64,000 bases of DNA, taken from NCBI RefSeq assembly GCF_001194135.2, contig NC_069001.1, positions 10,213,296 to 10,277,295 on the forward strand, written 5' to 3'. This stretch comes from Octopus bimaculoides (Eukaryota). Both the position numbers and the translations under genes were made by a program. The notes beneath the pieces were generated by a model that was not told the DNA's origin, searched no databases, and saw only the letters and a list, made by a program, of their open reading frames with translations. This document shows positions 1 to 14,348 of this stretch, in pieces. Position 1 is the stretch's first letter. The number at the start of each line of letters is the position of its first letter.

Positions 1-140
1 TGTTAACGCGCCGGGAAAAATGATTAGCAGTACTTTTTTTTTTGTCATTGCGTTCTGAGTTCAACTTTGCTCTCCGTCCATTCGGGCTCGGTAAATCCGT
101 ACCAGCTTAGTAATCGAGTTGATTTAATCGACTTAGCCAC
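1..140 (+). mobile_element. Degenerate family-A SINE fragment
   Basis: Matches family-A core motifs (GTTCTGAGTTCAA, GTACCAG, TAATCGACTT) seen intact at 13018 and 38168. Confidence 0.6.
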
Positions 141-707
141 CTCTTTCAAAATATTATTCTCATAATTTTCTTTGGCGGCACCGAATGACATTAGCGGCAG
201 AAACGGCTGTAAGCAATGTTCAAGCTCTTTAGTAAAAAATAATTAAGCGATGGTAGTCAATTTGTTTGCTGATCAAAAGTTTTCTCCATTTTCTGCTCAT
301 TTTAAATTTGATTCCTGATAAACACTGGTTTATTCTGTTATTACTTATATCCTATGCGCATAGTACGCTTGCATATCCATGCCCAGAGTTAGCATGGGTA
401 ATTTACACCGGTAGTAATAACGGATATTCTTATCTCTTAGAAGGTCACTCCAACCGCTAACTCTCCTTACTCATATGTATATATATATATATTAAATTCA
501 AATTACGATAAACATAAGCAAACAAACGAAGTTTGCTTTTAGAAGCATTGAGAGGTCTTAGAAAGTTAAAGAAGTGATTTTAAATTCTCAGTCGCAGGAT
601 AATGCTAATAATATAGCCTGAACAGGATAAACTACCACTATTTTGCAGAAAGAAGTGTAGGCGGTTAGATATATACATCTATGCATATATACATATATGT
701 ACATATA

Positions 708-750
<43 letters not shown>

Positions 751-769
751 NNNNNNNNNNNNNNNNNNN

Positions 770-801
<32 letters not shown>

Positions 802-1407
802 CGTCTGTTTGAATGCTTAAGTATACAGACATATACATAAATGTGCATTTATGCTTGTTATCGCATATGTGTCTCTCTGCGTGAGCATGTGCACATGTGT
901 ACACTTGACGACAAGGACGGGTGGTTGACGACTAGGTAATTGCTACTGCAGGGTACCAATGTCGAGCAAGGGTAAATCAAATGCACATGAACAATTCGTG
1001 TGATAAGTAGCTTAAAACATAATTTGAAGTCATTTTCTCTTCTGTGAAACCATTAATACTCTACGGAAATATTTGAACAGCAGAAAAAAGGAAAGATAAT
1101 GTAAGAATATGTCCATGGCCAGATACGTTAACGGGGACGAGAAAGATGATTATGGCTTTCGCACAGATCAGGCGCCTCTTCATTGGTATTTGCTTAATGT
1201 TGGAATTATGTCATAATTTAGAACAGCAGCTCTACTATATTAAGCCTTTGGCCAGCCTCAGCTGCTCAGATCGGTGACTGAAGTAATTTCAGCTGTGATT
1301 ATCTCGTTTAATTATCGTATGTAGTTCGATACCGAGATCAGGTTGTTCAAAGTGCATTTTTCACAGTCGTGTGTTTGATTTTTAGTATCTTTCGCAACAG
1401 TGCAGAG

Positions 1408-1665
1408 CAGTATTTCGCAACCAGTTTTTCCCTATGGTCCACTTTGATTCCTATTTTGCTCAGGTGGACACTCATAGCCGTTTAGTGTATTAAAAAATAA
1501 TCATACTTTTTCTTATAATTAATTATTATTAGGAAGTCTAGAAAGAAATATGTTTAAATATTTTGTGCATTGCAGAAGTATAAGCAGTTTAATGCAGATA
1601 AATTTTAACAACAAAATCTTATTTGGACCCCTAAGGGTCATTTGGATCCCAGCTGCGAACCGCTG
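1408..1665. mobile_element. Degenerate hAT-type MITE
   Basis: Ends CAGTATTTCGCAACC and AGCTGCGAACCGCTG form an imperfect TIR resembling CAGTGGTTCTCAACC. No 8-bp TSD seen. Confidence 0.5.
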
Positions 1666-1678
1666 TAAATAACTGTTG

Positions 1679-1903
1679 TGTAGATACCCCCAGGCGATAA
1701 GTAGGCTAGTCCTATACGTATAAATAGCTAGACGAAAAGCGTCGAGCAGAGTGCAAGAGCGGCAGAGAGGGAAGAGCCAGACAGAGCCGTCGGTAGACTA
1801 GACGTCGAGTTCGGTAGAGCCGAGTCGTCGGTAGTGAGAGTTTAGTAGAGGTCATCCGCACGTGTGATATAACAATAACCGTAACTGCTATCATTCCCCT
1901 ACA
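1679..1903 (+). mobile_element. Possible solo LTR
   Basis: Starts TGTAG and ends CTACA; contains TATAAATA, a GC-richer region with repeated TCGGTAG, and an AATAAC near the end. No TSD found. Confidence 0.45.
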
Positions 1904-1959
1904 TCCCAAATTTTAAGATATAGGGGAACGATAAGAGTTGGGAATATTTGTTAGAATAA

Positions 1960-2067
1960 CGGTAATGCATATTAAAGAAATATAAGCAATTTATTGCTGA
2001 TAAACAATAACTAAAACATCCGATATAGACCCTCGAGGGCCACATGGACATCGGTTGAGAACCACTG
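1960..2067. mobile_element. One end of a hAT-type MITE
   Basis: Ends GGTTGAGAACCACTG (reverse complement CAGTGGTTCTCAACC); subterminal sequence resembles 1625-1665. Confidence 0.5.
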
Positions 2068-2307
2068 CTGAAAAGACTCCTTCGTTTACTTTAGTCTAGA
2101 GATATTTCAAGTAAGATACACGTGTTTTCCGATCGTACATAGTATCAGAAATTCGAGATAAATCACATCCACAGAAGTTAATGGGTTTTAAACAGTATCT
2201 AAAGTATGGTCGGTTAAATACATCATCTAAAACACTCTAAGAAAAAAAATTTATATGTATATAATCTCATCCAATATTTCCTATCTTTCAGTAGACACAA
2301 CTACACG

Positions 2308-2338
<31 letters not shown>

Positions 2339-2604
2339 ATCAGTGCATATACAAGGTAAACATTGGCGGGAAATTTGTCCTCATAGTCCTTGACTACATA
2401 ATAACAACATCATCATCATCATAAACAATAACAACGACAACAGCAACAGCAACAACAACAAAATACGTACAGAAATGTAGAAACCGCACTAACTTTTTGG
2501 GAATCATCGAGTAAAACCAAACACAAATAAAACCGTTTACATATATTCACACCAAACACCATACGATTAGGACTCCAGCTTAACCCACACACACACGTAC
2601 ACAT

Positions 2605-2635
<31 letters not shown>

Positions 2636-3006
2636 GATGACCAAACAAAAAATATAAACAATCCTTCAACTATAAAAATTTCACGCGCTTAAGCGCACTA
2701 CATTATTCCTGTAAAGAAATCACAAGATGGAAATGAAATGGTTGTTAGAAAAATCATTTAGTATTCGTTTTGACTCTACAGCAAAAGATAATATAATTAT
2801 AGACTTAATATTGATTCAATGTTAATATCTATTGTTATGTAATATTTATTTCCCTCCACCTATCATATTATACTTTGTTACAGTTCTATTATCGATTTTA
2901 TATTTAATAACCAATAGCCCTCATAGCATATGTTCAATATCCATTAGCTCTCATCATATTAGCTATCCATTATCTCAAATGTTGTTTCATATTCGAGATC
3001 CATTAT

Positions 3007-3617
<611 letters not shown>

Positions 3618-4087
3618 ATAGTCGTTGATATCCATTTTTACTCATAATATATAATATTCAATATCCATTATCTCTCATATTATTTCATATTCAAAAATCC
3701 ATTAACTATAATACCATTGTTGATATCACTTAACTATCACATTTTATTATATTTGATATCCATCTCCCAATATTACCAAATTTGTTGTCCATTATTCTAC
3801 GTATATCCGATCGGATGTCTAATATTATCAATATATCGTGAATGTCGCAACCTCTCGTTCTCCCCACTCCTACATAAATATGGAGATCCTCTTCCAATGG
3901 AAAGGTGTGAGGTAGAAGTAGAGTGCTCAGAATGCGATGTAAGTACGGACTAAATGCATTACATTATTTATTTTCCTGCAATAGTCTAGATCGCAAGTTC
4001 AAATGAAGATGGCGTCAACATCTAATTTTATTCTATTTATTTTATTTATTTTTATTTTGTCATAAATTTTTTTTTTTCGACTGTAAG

Positions 4088-4240
4088 TACAAGAGTTGAA
4101 ATTTCGGGATGCGAGGGTTAGTTGATTACATCAACTCCAGATTCTCAACTGCGACTTATTTTATCGTCCCCAAAAGGATTAAAATTTAAGTCAACCGGGG
4201 TTGAATTTGAACTCAGAACTTAAACATGGAAAAAACGTTA
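4088..4240 (-). mobile_element. Family-A SINE, degenerate
   Basis: Reverse-strand GAATTTGAACTCAGAAC and related core motifs. Confidence 0.7.
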
Positions 4241-4891
4241 CTTGATACTCCACCAATTTTTTCCCAAATGATTGGAAAATTATGCGGAAAAGCATTGTCA
4301 AAATGATGATGTCGATTTAACTTACCATAATGAATTTCCTTCTCCTTGTCATACTGAATTATTCTCCTTCTCAATTATTTATATTCGCTAATTGCCGACG
4401 AACAATTCACGAATTTCCTTTGACTCTGCGGTTTATCATTACTAGTGTGATTGAATTCAAGGGTCTCTTCTTTGCATTCTTCTTTCTAAAATAGATAGAG
4501 TTTCATATAAATATCACGCGAAACTGCGGTAGCATAATCACATACATAGTTTTTTAGGTAGAGATCAAGATGCATACGCATCACCGTGACTGCATACACA
4601 TCAAAAGAAATGGCAACGTATGCAGCTATTAATTACCGGACATAGTCAACGTTTCTCACCTGTATTACACATATTCATTATATCTCGTCTTCAGGGCGAT
4701 GTTTTGCGCCAATGATAAGCTAGGAACGTTTACAGTATATGTTTAAAGCCCGTGCTGATCAACTTCACTTTTCATCCAACTTCGATTTATCAATCCCAGA
4801 TGGATGAATTTCTATTCCAGTATCAGGTTGAATTTAACTGAGTACAACCTGCCTTCAAAGCTGCCTCAACCGTAACAACATTAAGAAGAAA

Positions 4892-5164
4892 CCGTGAGTT
4901 CGATACCTGACTACGCTTTGTGTCCTTGAGAAAAGCACTTTATTTTACGTTGTCCAGTTCAAACAGCTGGCATAAATGAGTTGTACCAGTAATTCATAGG
5001 GTCAACTTTGACACATTTTGTCACACTAAATCTCAATGAGAATTATGTTAAAATCCCATCCATCTGCGGAGTACTCAGCTACTTGCGACTTAATTGCACC
5101 AGCCGACTGTTCCGTTGATCAGATCAATTGGAACCCTCGTCGTCGTAAAAATACGGAGAGCCAA
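4892..5164 (+). mobile_element. SINE with CORE-like body and family-C tail
   Basis: B-box-like GAGTTCGATACC, CORE-like TGTGTCCTTGAGAAAAGCACTT, then a tail homologous to 5484-5640 in reverse. Confidence 0.7.
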
Positions 5165-5483
5165 TTTTGAATTCTTATCCATACTACTGCTCTAACCCGT
5201 ATTTCGATGTAGCTGTCGCTGTTATTTTGTTTCTATCCTTTGAACAGGCGAATTCTTAAAAATGTATTCCGGCCACGATCACCCCCGTGTTGTCATTTAA
5301 CTAACACAACATTGCCAACTGCATCTTTCCAATTATTAAGCCAGTAGAGACTGACTTGAGGGATATATCACTACTACTTTTAGCAAAGTGAACAGCCCCA
5401 GCAAAGTGCTGGTATTAGCTCGCTGTTTTTATAAATAATACGACGAACCACCATCCATGCCATTACCATCTATGTTGTTATAT

Positions 5484-5856
5484 GTTGGCACTCCATCGCT
5501 TAAGACGACGAGGGTTCCAGTTGATCCGATCAACGGAACAGCCTGCTCGTCAAATAAACGTGCAAGTGGCTGAGCACTCCACGGACACGTGTACCGTTAA
5601 CATAGTTCTCGGGGAATTTCAGCGTGACACAGTGTGACAAGGCTGACCCTTTGAATTACAGGCACAACAGAAACAGGAAGAAAGAGTGAGAGAAAAGTTG
5701 TGGTGGAAGAGTACAGCAGGATTCGCCACCATCCCCTGCCGGAGCCTCGTGGGGCTTTTAGGTGTTTTCGCTCAATAAACACTCACAACGCCCGGTCTGG
5801 GAATCGAAACCGCGATCTTATGACCGCTGCCCTAACGACTGGGCCATTGCGCCTCC
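5484..5856 (-). mobile_element. Family-C tRNA-derived SINE, near full length
   Basis: Minus-strand A box TGGCCCAGTCGTTAGG and B box GGTTTCGATTCC; highly similar to 8734-9072. Confidence 0.9.
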
Positions 5857-6378
5857 CTTCTATAACCGGTCGATATTACCATGTATGATAAAGCAGTTTT
5901 AATTTGTGAGAGGTGGACTCAAATTATAATGTTCCTATTATAAAATTATAGAGTTTATATGCAAACAGACTCCGTTCCGTATAAGTAGCTCTATATTCGT
6001 TCTGTATCAATATATAATTGTCTTCTCTGACGTTTGCCGAACAGCTCATACTCACATTCACATCGTTATAAGCTCACACACCTACACACGCATATATAAA
6101 TATATATATATGTATATATATGCGTACATAAACTGTAATACATAAACACACGAACAAACACACATATCGCATAGAGGCAACGGTCTCCCGTAGAACATAA
6201 GCAATCACACAGACATATATATTGTTATATAAAGTATATATGCTGACACGTATGTGTGCGTAGAGATATATATTCATAGGTAAAGTTGATACAATCTGTC
6301 AAATTTATTAAATCTCGGTGCCAGCTTACGTACGTAGTTGTGTATTTGTGTTTGTCTCAGAGCATAAGGTGTGTATAC

Positions 6379-6442
<64 letters not shown>

Positions 6443-7116
6443 GTGTGTGAAGGAGGGTTGTAACTTATACGTGAGTTTATTGCGTGTTAACTTGTGTAGA
6501 GTGTGTCGATATATGTAAATAAGCTTCTATACAGATATGAGTATGTTTATAAGCAATCACTATCAATTTAGCTTTTTCATTTTGTCTCCTTTTACTGACG
6601 CATGCGTACCAGATGTTATAATTTTATCTTCAAATCTAGCGCTTAATATTTCAGATTGAAAGCAAATAATTCAACGGATTGCAATTCGGTTTTAATGGTT
6701 CGCTAGTTTAATCTGTAACAGCTGTGTCTTCTATAAATTTCACCGAATTATTAAGGCCTATTTACTTTCAATATATGTATGTATCTTGAATTTTCTCTTT
6801 TCTACATCTAAACTAGATAGAGCAGGAAGTTATTTAAGCTTTGTTTGTTATCAATACCGGGGCTTGATATGCAGTTATGTATATGTAGGTTTGTGTGTGT
6901 GTATGTGTGTGTGTATGTGTGTGTGTATGAGAATATATTCACGCCTGTGTATACGTACGTAGGTATGAATGTATGTCGCTATGAACATTCATATATTAAT
7001 CTATCTACGTCTATAACTATATATTAATATATCAGTATATATACACACACACCAATGTATAACACACATCCGTATGTGTATCTGTATGCTATATTTATAC
7101 ATACACACATGCATAT

Positions 7117-7158
<42 letters not shown>

Positions 7159-7519
7159 NNNNNNNNNNNNNNNNNNNNNNNNNNNNNNNNNNNNNNNNNN
7201 NNNNNNNNNNNNNNNNNNNNNNNNNNNNNNNNNNNNNNNNNNNNNNNNNNCAGGAAGAGAAAGTTTTGAGATCGGATACAAGACAAATCTCATGTGGGAT
7301 TTCTTTAATAGAGACATATCTCTTCTATTGAAACTAATGAAGACAATGACATATACTTTGCCCCCCCCCCCGCGACTTCCCTAGAGTATTTTTTCCTACA
7401 AGTTGTTGCTGCGAAGTTGATAATCTCAGATATAGTTCATGTCTTTATTATTGTTGTGTGCTAAAATGGAATTCCATTTTAGCCCTCAATAAATAAATCT
7501 GTCATCTTAGTTTTTTTAA

Positions 7520-7705
7520 ATGTTTCAGTTTTTAGACCGCGGCCATGCTTTGGCACCCTCTTGAAGAAGAACATTTTTGTTGGGTGTTTTGAACCTGGTC
7601 GTCTTTCTTTTCCTTTTCAAGCCTGGTACTTATGGCATCAACTTCTGTTTCCGAAACAGCTGAGTTATGCGGACGTAAACAAACAAACAGCGGTTGTCAG
7701 GCACT
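7520..7705 (-). mobile_element. Family-D SINE 3' part, degenerate
   Basis: Similar to 34080-34260 and to the reverse of 61700-61900. Confidence 0.6.
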
Positions 7706-7724
7706 CGGGTTTCAGTTGCACAAC

Positions 7725-8024
7725 GATGAAAACTTTTTCAAAACATTGCGTAGACGTGTGAGCAGGTATCACCAAGAATTTATCCAAATTTGATGCAGAT
7801 TCTCTGCTCAGCTTTCTCTGTCATGTTCAATGCGACGATCACACGCTACACACTTTCCTTCAAAGCACCGCTGTAAACAACAGAATTGAGCTAGAACGTT
7901 AACACTTAGTGCACATATACAGAAGCGTGCGTTCAAAATCATTCTGTGCCAAGCGGCTTTGCTCTGCGTGCTATATCTTCGTTACTATGTCAACAAACCG
8001 GATACTTATTGATCAGACCACGTA
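7725..8024 (-). mobile_element. Mariner transposon 5' end with decayed transposase N-terminus
   Basis: TIR-like TACGTGGTCTGATCAATAAGTATCCGG. ATG at 7824 (-) reads MTEKAEQRICIKFG*ILGDTCSHVYAMF*, matching the mariner EQRxxIKFxxxLG N-terminal motif with stops. Confidence 0.8.
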
Positions 8025-8733
8025 TGTGTACTAAATTTCCCCATCATAAACATTGTTGCCTTCCAAAGTTATATTTCTACATCATCAGTAGATAACCTGA
8101 TGAAACTTGAGTTTGATGAAACTCTAGGTGAGTTTTCAGAAACAACACCTACACTGGATATTTTAAGATTACAGTGGAAGTGAATTTTCTTTATTTTGTA
8201 AATGAATATAATAAATGTATAAGCATACGGACAGTTCAATGGAGAGAGTAAAACTTATTCAGATAGCAACACAGAACCAGACAAAAATCATCGCTTTGGC
8301 AAATGCATTATGGTCGCCGACTACATAAATGTATAGCATATATGAAGCTATAATTCTTCACATAAAATCTACACCTGTCTCTGACTATCTGCAGGGAGAA
8401 GTGCTCCTCGGAAAGGCCAAAGCTTGCATCAAAACACTTATAGCTACCATCGTACACTGCAAATAGTATTTGTTGTTCTAGAATCATTGAGCAGAGAAGG
8501 TTTGACTTGATTTCAGATCATGACTGTCATTAGAATCTGTATGAGAATCTCCATAAGAACAATAACAGCAAAAATACAAAACATATTTATATAATCATTA
8601 AAAATAAAAGGGAAAATGAGTAAAATATTTATCATCGTCGTCATCATTATCATCATCATCAGCAGCAGCAGCACCGTTACCACCACCGTTATTGTCATCA
8701 TGATCAACATTATCATCATCACCACTCATCGTC

Positions 8734-9072
8734 GTGGCACTCCGTCGGTTAAGACGACGAGGGTTCCAGTTGATCCGATCAACGGAACCGTCTGCTCGTG
8801 AAATCAACTTGTAAGTGGCTGAGCACTCCACAGACACGTGCACCCTTAACGTAGTTCTCGGGGAGATTCAGCGTGACACAAAATGTGACAAGGCTGACCC
8901 TTTGTAAAAGAGGTACAGCAGAAACAGGATGAACGTGTAAGAGAAAGTCGTGGTGGAAGAGTACAGCAGGGTTCGCCACCCCCACCCACTGCCGGAGCCT
9001 CGTGGAGATTTAAGTGTTTTCCCTTAATAAATACTCACAACGGTGCCCTAACCACTGGGCCATTGCGCCTCC
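8734..9072 (-). mobile_element. Family-C SINE with a deletion across the B box
   Basis: Collinear with 5484-5856; embedded in a (CAT/CAC)n tract. Confidence 0.9.
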
Positions 9073-10262
9073 ACATCATCAACACTACTACTAGCAAAAT
9101 AATACGTCACCACCACCACCACCACTACCTCCGTCAGTTTCCTCCTACTCCTACAGCCCCACATCCTCCTCCTCCTCTTCATCATTGCCGTCGTCACCGT
9201 GATATTAATTCAGTATTTATTTCACCCAAACATTAGTAAGTTTTAGGTCAGCAACAGTTTAATAATTATAATAAATTACTTTCTCCATAATTAATGTTTA
9301 TTTTATATGTTGTTTGTTAGCTTGTTTATTTATTTATTTATTTATCCTAATTTATTTTTTGTTTTAATTTGCAATTATATTATGATTTGTTTTCATATTA
9401 TTATCAAAAATTAATTAATGAGACATTTAATTACAACTCTGTAGATTATTTAGACGGAGACGAATATTTATTTTAATAAAACGTCATTACCCCCAACCTT
9501 TTTTTTAATACAACCTAAATCACGTTTTAATTAATTTCAACAGTTTAAACTTTTCAAAGTTGATTTCGTATCTGCCATCTCGTCGAAGTTCTTTTGCATT
9601 TTATTAGAAAAAGAGAACAGCCACGGTCAAGGTTAGTGAAACCTTTGATGGCCGCTAATAGGAATTTTAAGAATTACTTTTATCCGTGTTAATAAGTTGA
9701 TCCTATAGCCTTGTTAATTATGGATAATGTTGTTGTTGTTGTTGTTTTGGTGGTGGTGGTGGCAGTGTTCGTGGCGGTGGTGGTATTTCGTAGTGCTGGT
9801 GGCGGCGGTAGCGGTGGTGGTGCCAGTGGTAGCTGTTATTGTAATAGTAGCAGCAGCATTTATAGATTTATATATATATATAAATGCGTGTGTGTGAGTG
9901 ATTGTGTGCGCACGCACAAGTGTGTCTCTCGGTATATAGGCATATACGTATATGCACAAACACACATACACCTATATTATATATNNNNNNNNNNNNNNNN
10001 NNNNNNNNNNNNNNNNNNNNNNNNNNNNNNNNNNNNNNNNNNNNNNNNNNNNNNNNNNNNNNNNNNNNNNNNNNNNNNNNNNNNNNNNNNNNNNNNNNNN
10101 NNNNNNNNNNNNNNNNNNATATATATATGTCATGAGACAGAATGTTTGAACGGTTTTTGGCATTATCGATTCACCATTGCAAACGTTTCATTTGCTAATT
10201 GGAATTATAAAGTTTTACATTTTATCTAAACATGTAAAAAAAGAATTCCATTACAAATTCTG

Positions 10263-10308
<46 letters not shown>

Positions 10309-10454
10309 TGCATGCACGCTGTGCTGTCATATAGTGGAGCTGTATAGTAGGTGTCAAATTTATCGGAATTTCCGACTAGTTTGGATATTGGTCCAAGTGT
10401 ATCGGATGCGTTGAAAGAGGAACTTAACTGATCGATTATTATCTCTATGGTGAT

Positions 10455-10617
10455 TATAGATAGATAGATAGATAGATAAAAAAAGAAAGATAGATAGATT
10501 GATAGATGGATGGATGAAGGGATAAATGGACGGATGGATGGATGGATAGAGGGACAGACAGGCAGACAGATATATAGATAGATAAACAGACAGACAGACA
10601 GACAGAAAGACGGACGG
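10455..10617. repeat. (GATA)n/(GATG)n/(GACA)n tetranucleotide tract
   Basis: Read directly. Confidence 0.9.
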
Positions 10618-11086
10618 CTAAGTGGTATTGCTGTCTTTATCGTCGTTGTTGTCGTTGGCGGTGTTGATGTTGGTGTTTGTGGTGGTGCTGGTTGTTGTGG
10701 TGGTGGTTGTAGTGTCGGCGTAGGTAGCTGTGCCGGTTTGTTTCACGTAAGTTTCAGTTGATTTCAAGAATAAATATAAACTCATTAAATCTCATTAATT
10801 AAATACGAACATTAAATGTAATTTAGCAATCCCAGCCAATTAGAAAAGTTTTCTCGAGTCAGCGATATAAATGTACTGTAATGACAAACCTAATTCGCAC
10901 TAACATATATAGATAGATAGAGACATGTATGAATAGTAGGTATATATCTCTCTCTCCCTCTCTGCCCCTTCTCTCTCTCTCTGCTTATATATGTGCGTCT
11001 GTGTGTGTATGTATATCTCTTCATATTTATCTGTATATCTGTCCGTTTCTCTCTCTGTACACACGGGCACACATACGTATATATTT

Positions 11087-11230
11087 ATTTCTTTGTTGCC
11101 CACAAGGGAGGTGGCTAAACTTAGAGGGAACAAACGGGAACAGACAAAGGGCTTTTGGCGATTACATCGACCCCAGTGCATAACTGGTATTTATTTAATC
11201 GACCCCGAAAGGATGAAAGGCAAAGTCGAC
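11087..11230 (-). mobile_element. Family-A SINE, tail type 1, 5'-truncated
   Basis: Reverse complement of 13105-13247. Confidence 0.85.
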
Positions 11231-11324
11231 ACATACATATATATTGGCATGTGTAACTGAATGTACAAAAGAAGTGAGTTTCTGGGGCTCGATATAGATA
11301 TGTAACAAATTATGAACGTATATA

Positions 11325-11400
<76 letters not shown>

Positions 11401-12034
11401 CACACATANNNNNNNNNNNNNNNNNNNNNNNNNNNNNNNNNNNNNNNNNNNNNNNNNNNNNNNNNNNNNNNNNNNNNNNNNNNNNNNNNNNNNNNNNNNN
11501 NNNNNNNNNNNNNNNNNNNNNNNNNNNNNNNNNNNNNNNNNNNNNNNNNNNNNNNNNNNNNNNNNNNNNNNNNNNNNNNNNNNNNNNNNNNNNNNNNNNN
11601 NNNNNNNNNNNNNNNNNNNNNNNNNNNNNNNNNNNNNNNNNNNNNNNNNNNNNNNNNNNNNNNNNNNNNNNNNNNNNNNNNNNNNNNNNNNNNNNNNNNN
11701 NNNNNNNNNNNNNNNNNNNNNNNNNNNNNNNNNNNNNNNNNNNNNNNNNATTATTTTGTTTAAAGAAGTTCCAACACCGTCTGTTTTTTATGTTTTATTT
11801 ATATTCCTGCAGAACTAATGTGGGGTATAGAATATGGAATATACAATATATAATATAATATACAATATAAAATAAATTAAAATAAATGGCACCATGAAAG
11901 AAAGTATTGAATGTAGATGAAATATTGAGTGTTCAATATAAAGGATCAAATATATAAATATAAATATATAAAGGCGACTCGAGTTTCAGGGCTATTTCCC
12001 TTCGTCATGGCCGGTATGACAGACTTTAACAGAC

Positions 12035-12073
<39 letters not shown>

Positions 12074-12675
12074 CTGCACGCATCTATAAATATGTGTGTG
12101 TGTGTGCCCTTGCCCCTGTATTTCTGTGTGGGTAAGTGGGGATGTAGGTGTGGTGTGTCTACGTGTGGTTGTGTATGTGTTAATGTGGATATCCGCTCGA
12201 ATACCTGCACGAAAATATGATATCGCTATAATACACTAGCTGTCTCACTTCGTTATACAGATATATGGAACTCGACTTATATATGGAACACGTTCTATTT
12301 CAGATAGAAAATTATAAACATTCACGCCTTATAACACGCACACACTCTCAAACACATACACTGACACATTTATATATACATTTGCATACATACGTACACA
12401 ATGTAGGAAATGTTAGCACATAAATGTGTGTGTATATTTACAAAAAAACTCACTAGTATTTAAATTGTAGAATTGATAATGTAGTAAAGTCATACATGTG
12501 TAACGAGAACAAATAAACTAGATATCTAATTGAAACAGAAACGTATAAATGTATTATCTTCGAAAGTAAAAGTTAAATTCAAAAAATAGGCAACCGAGAG
12601 CAAGAACACGCTCCACTTGTTGGAAGTTAATACAGGATAGTGAACTAAAGCGTAACGTCATATAGACTTACAATG

Positions 12676-12846
12676 TTGATTTCCCCGTTTTTCATGGATT
12701 ATATATTCCCCGCCTGGACGGGGCATCGATCGGGCGCTGGACTGGAGCAATGCTCAAAAACACAACGCGTCTCCCGGTCCGAGCAATCGAAACTACGACG
12801 CTACCATCATGAGTCCAACAACCTAATCACTCCGTCACCCGCCCTC
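12676..12846 (-). mobile_element. SINE with CORE-like body and the tail type seen at 29040-29110
   Basis: Head and body match 54670-54790. Minus-strand GCCCCGTCCAGGCGGGGAA matches GTCCCGTACAGGTGGGGAA at ~29060. Confidence 0.65.
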
Positions 12847-13017
12847 AACATAGTGGAGGACAGTGACTGAAAGAAACGAGGAATTAGGAAGAGAAATTTC
12901 GTACAACCTTGTGGATATGATGAGAAAAACGAGGGAATAATTGGTGGGTTGTAGCAGAAAGAAAGACAATCTGGACAACAGAGAAATGAGTGAGGAAACA
13001 GCAAGTAGAAATTAGCA

Positions 13018-13247
13018 GTGGCGAGCAGGCAGAAACGTTAGCACGCCAGGCGAAATGCTTAGCGGCGTTTCGTCTGCCGTTACGTTCTGAGTTCAAATTC
13101 CGCCGAGGTCGACTTTGCCTTTCATCCTTTCGGGGTCGATAAATAAAGTACCAGTTACGCACTGGTGTCGATGTAATTGACTTAATCCCTTTGTCTGTCC
13201 TTGTTTGTCCCCTCTATCTTTAGCCCCTTGTGGGCAATAAAGAAATA
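13018..13247 (+). mobile_element. Family-A SINE, tail type 1, full length with 18-bp TSD
   Basis: tRNA-like head with B box GAGTTCAAATTCC; flanking direct repeat AGAAATTAGCAGTGGCGA at 13007-13024 and 13248-13265. Confidence 0.9.
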
Positions 13248-13279
13248 AGAAATTAGCAGTGGCGAAGTTTGGAAAAGAG

Positions 13280-13372
13280 GTTAAGTGGATTAAATCGACG
13301 CCAGTGCTCGACTGGCATTTATTTATTTTTTTCGATCACCAAGTATGAAAGGCAAAGTCGATCTCATCAAAA
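13280..13372 (-). mobile_element. Family-A fragment, inverted relative to 13018
   Basis: ATGAAAGGCAAAGTCGA and TCGACGCCAGTGC motifs. Confidence 0.6.
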
Positions 13373-14087
13373 TGTCTACTCGCAACGCATGGACAGACAA
13401 ATGCCCCTAAACATTTGGCCCAGCGAGCCACCTACTCTGCCAACTAGCCACCCTGATTTGTATTTCTGTGAGAATAGATTATTAGTCTCAATTACCAGAT
13501 CTTTTAAAACGTCCACGCATTGAACATTGAATTTTTAATAAGGCATTATATAATTAAGACGTAATGTATAATCCATACTTTTCCTAGGATAACATTACTG
13601 TGTTATATCATACAGAATCAAATTTGAGAAAACCTACCAACAGATGTTTAGTGCTTGATTCGTTTGTTTACACTGTTTCAGAAATTGTATTTAATCCGAA
13701 CACATATGAAGGATGTCATTCATAATTTACTCTAGCGCGGCTCTCAGAAATGAGATTTCCATTTAGCACATTTATTTTTTATTATGTGTGAACGACTGAA
13801 GTGTGGTTAAAATCTAGATGGTCATTCACTCTGCTACAAATAAGTAGTAAGTCTCATACAACAACATATATCTTAAAGAGTATCAAATAATATCAAAAAC
13901 ATTCTCCAACTTCCTGTTTTTTTTTCTTTTGCTATTTAATGACTCTGTTAACGATATTTCCAGAATGTTCAACTCTAATAGATACCTTATCTTCATGCAA
14001 CAGCCACGACATCTACACACTGGATTATAATACGGGAATAAGCAGATGTGCTTCAAGTAGACACAACTTGGATTTTACCCTACCTCT

Positions 14088-14301
14088 CAAGGTGTGCGGG
14101 AAAGTTCCTGCTTTGGGGTAAAAGAAAATAGAGCAGCATCAGTTGATGACGATTTTAGTCAACACATTCTCCTCTCACATTCACACACTTATTGCAGCGG
14201 TCCTTCAGTTTCTCTAATCCCTGTAAATTAACTTGGAAGGCTGGACTTCCAACTGGCTCTTTCACGATACCCTTAAAACGAGAATCATTTCAACCCAACT
14301 C

Positions 14302-14304
<3 letters not shown>
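14088..14304 (-). mobile_element. Mariner-derived MITE retaining the transposase C-terminus
   Basis: 14238-14155 (-) reads FQVNLQGLEKLKDRCNKCVNVRGECVD*, resembling the mariner end GIxKLxxRWxKCxxxxGxYVE*. Degenerate TIRs; adjacent to (TA)n; second copy at 59167. Confidence 0.75.

Positions 14305-14342
<38 letters not shown>

Positions 14343-14348
<6 letters not shown>

Noticed and set aside
8089-8127. 39-nt exon candidate with a GTGAGT donor, overlapping CTGATGA...GAAAC
   Set aside because: Weak pyrimidine tract and no phase-compatible partner. The ribozyme reading has extra nucleotides before GAAA.
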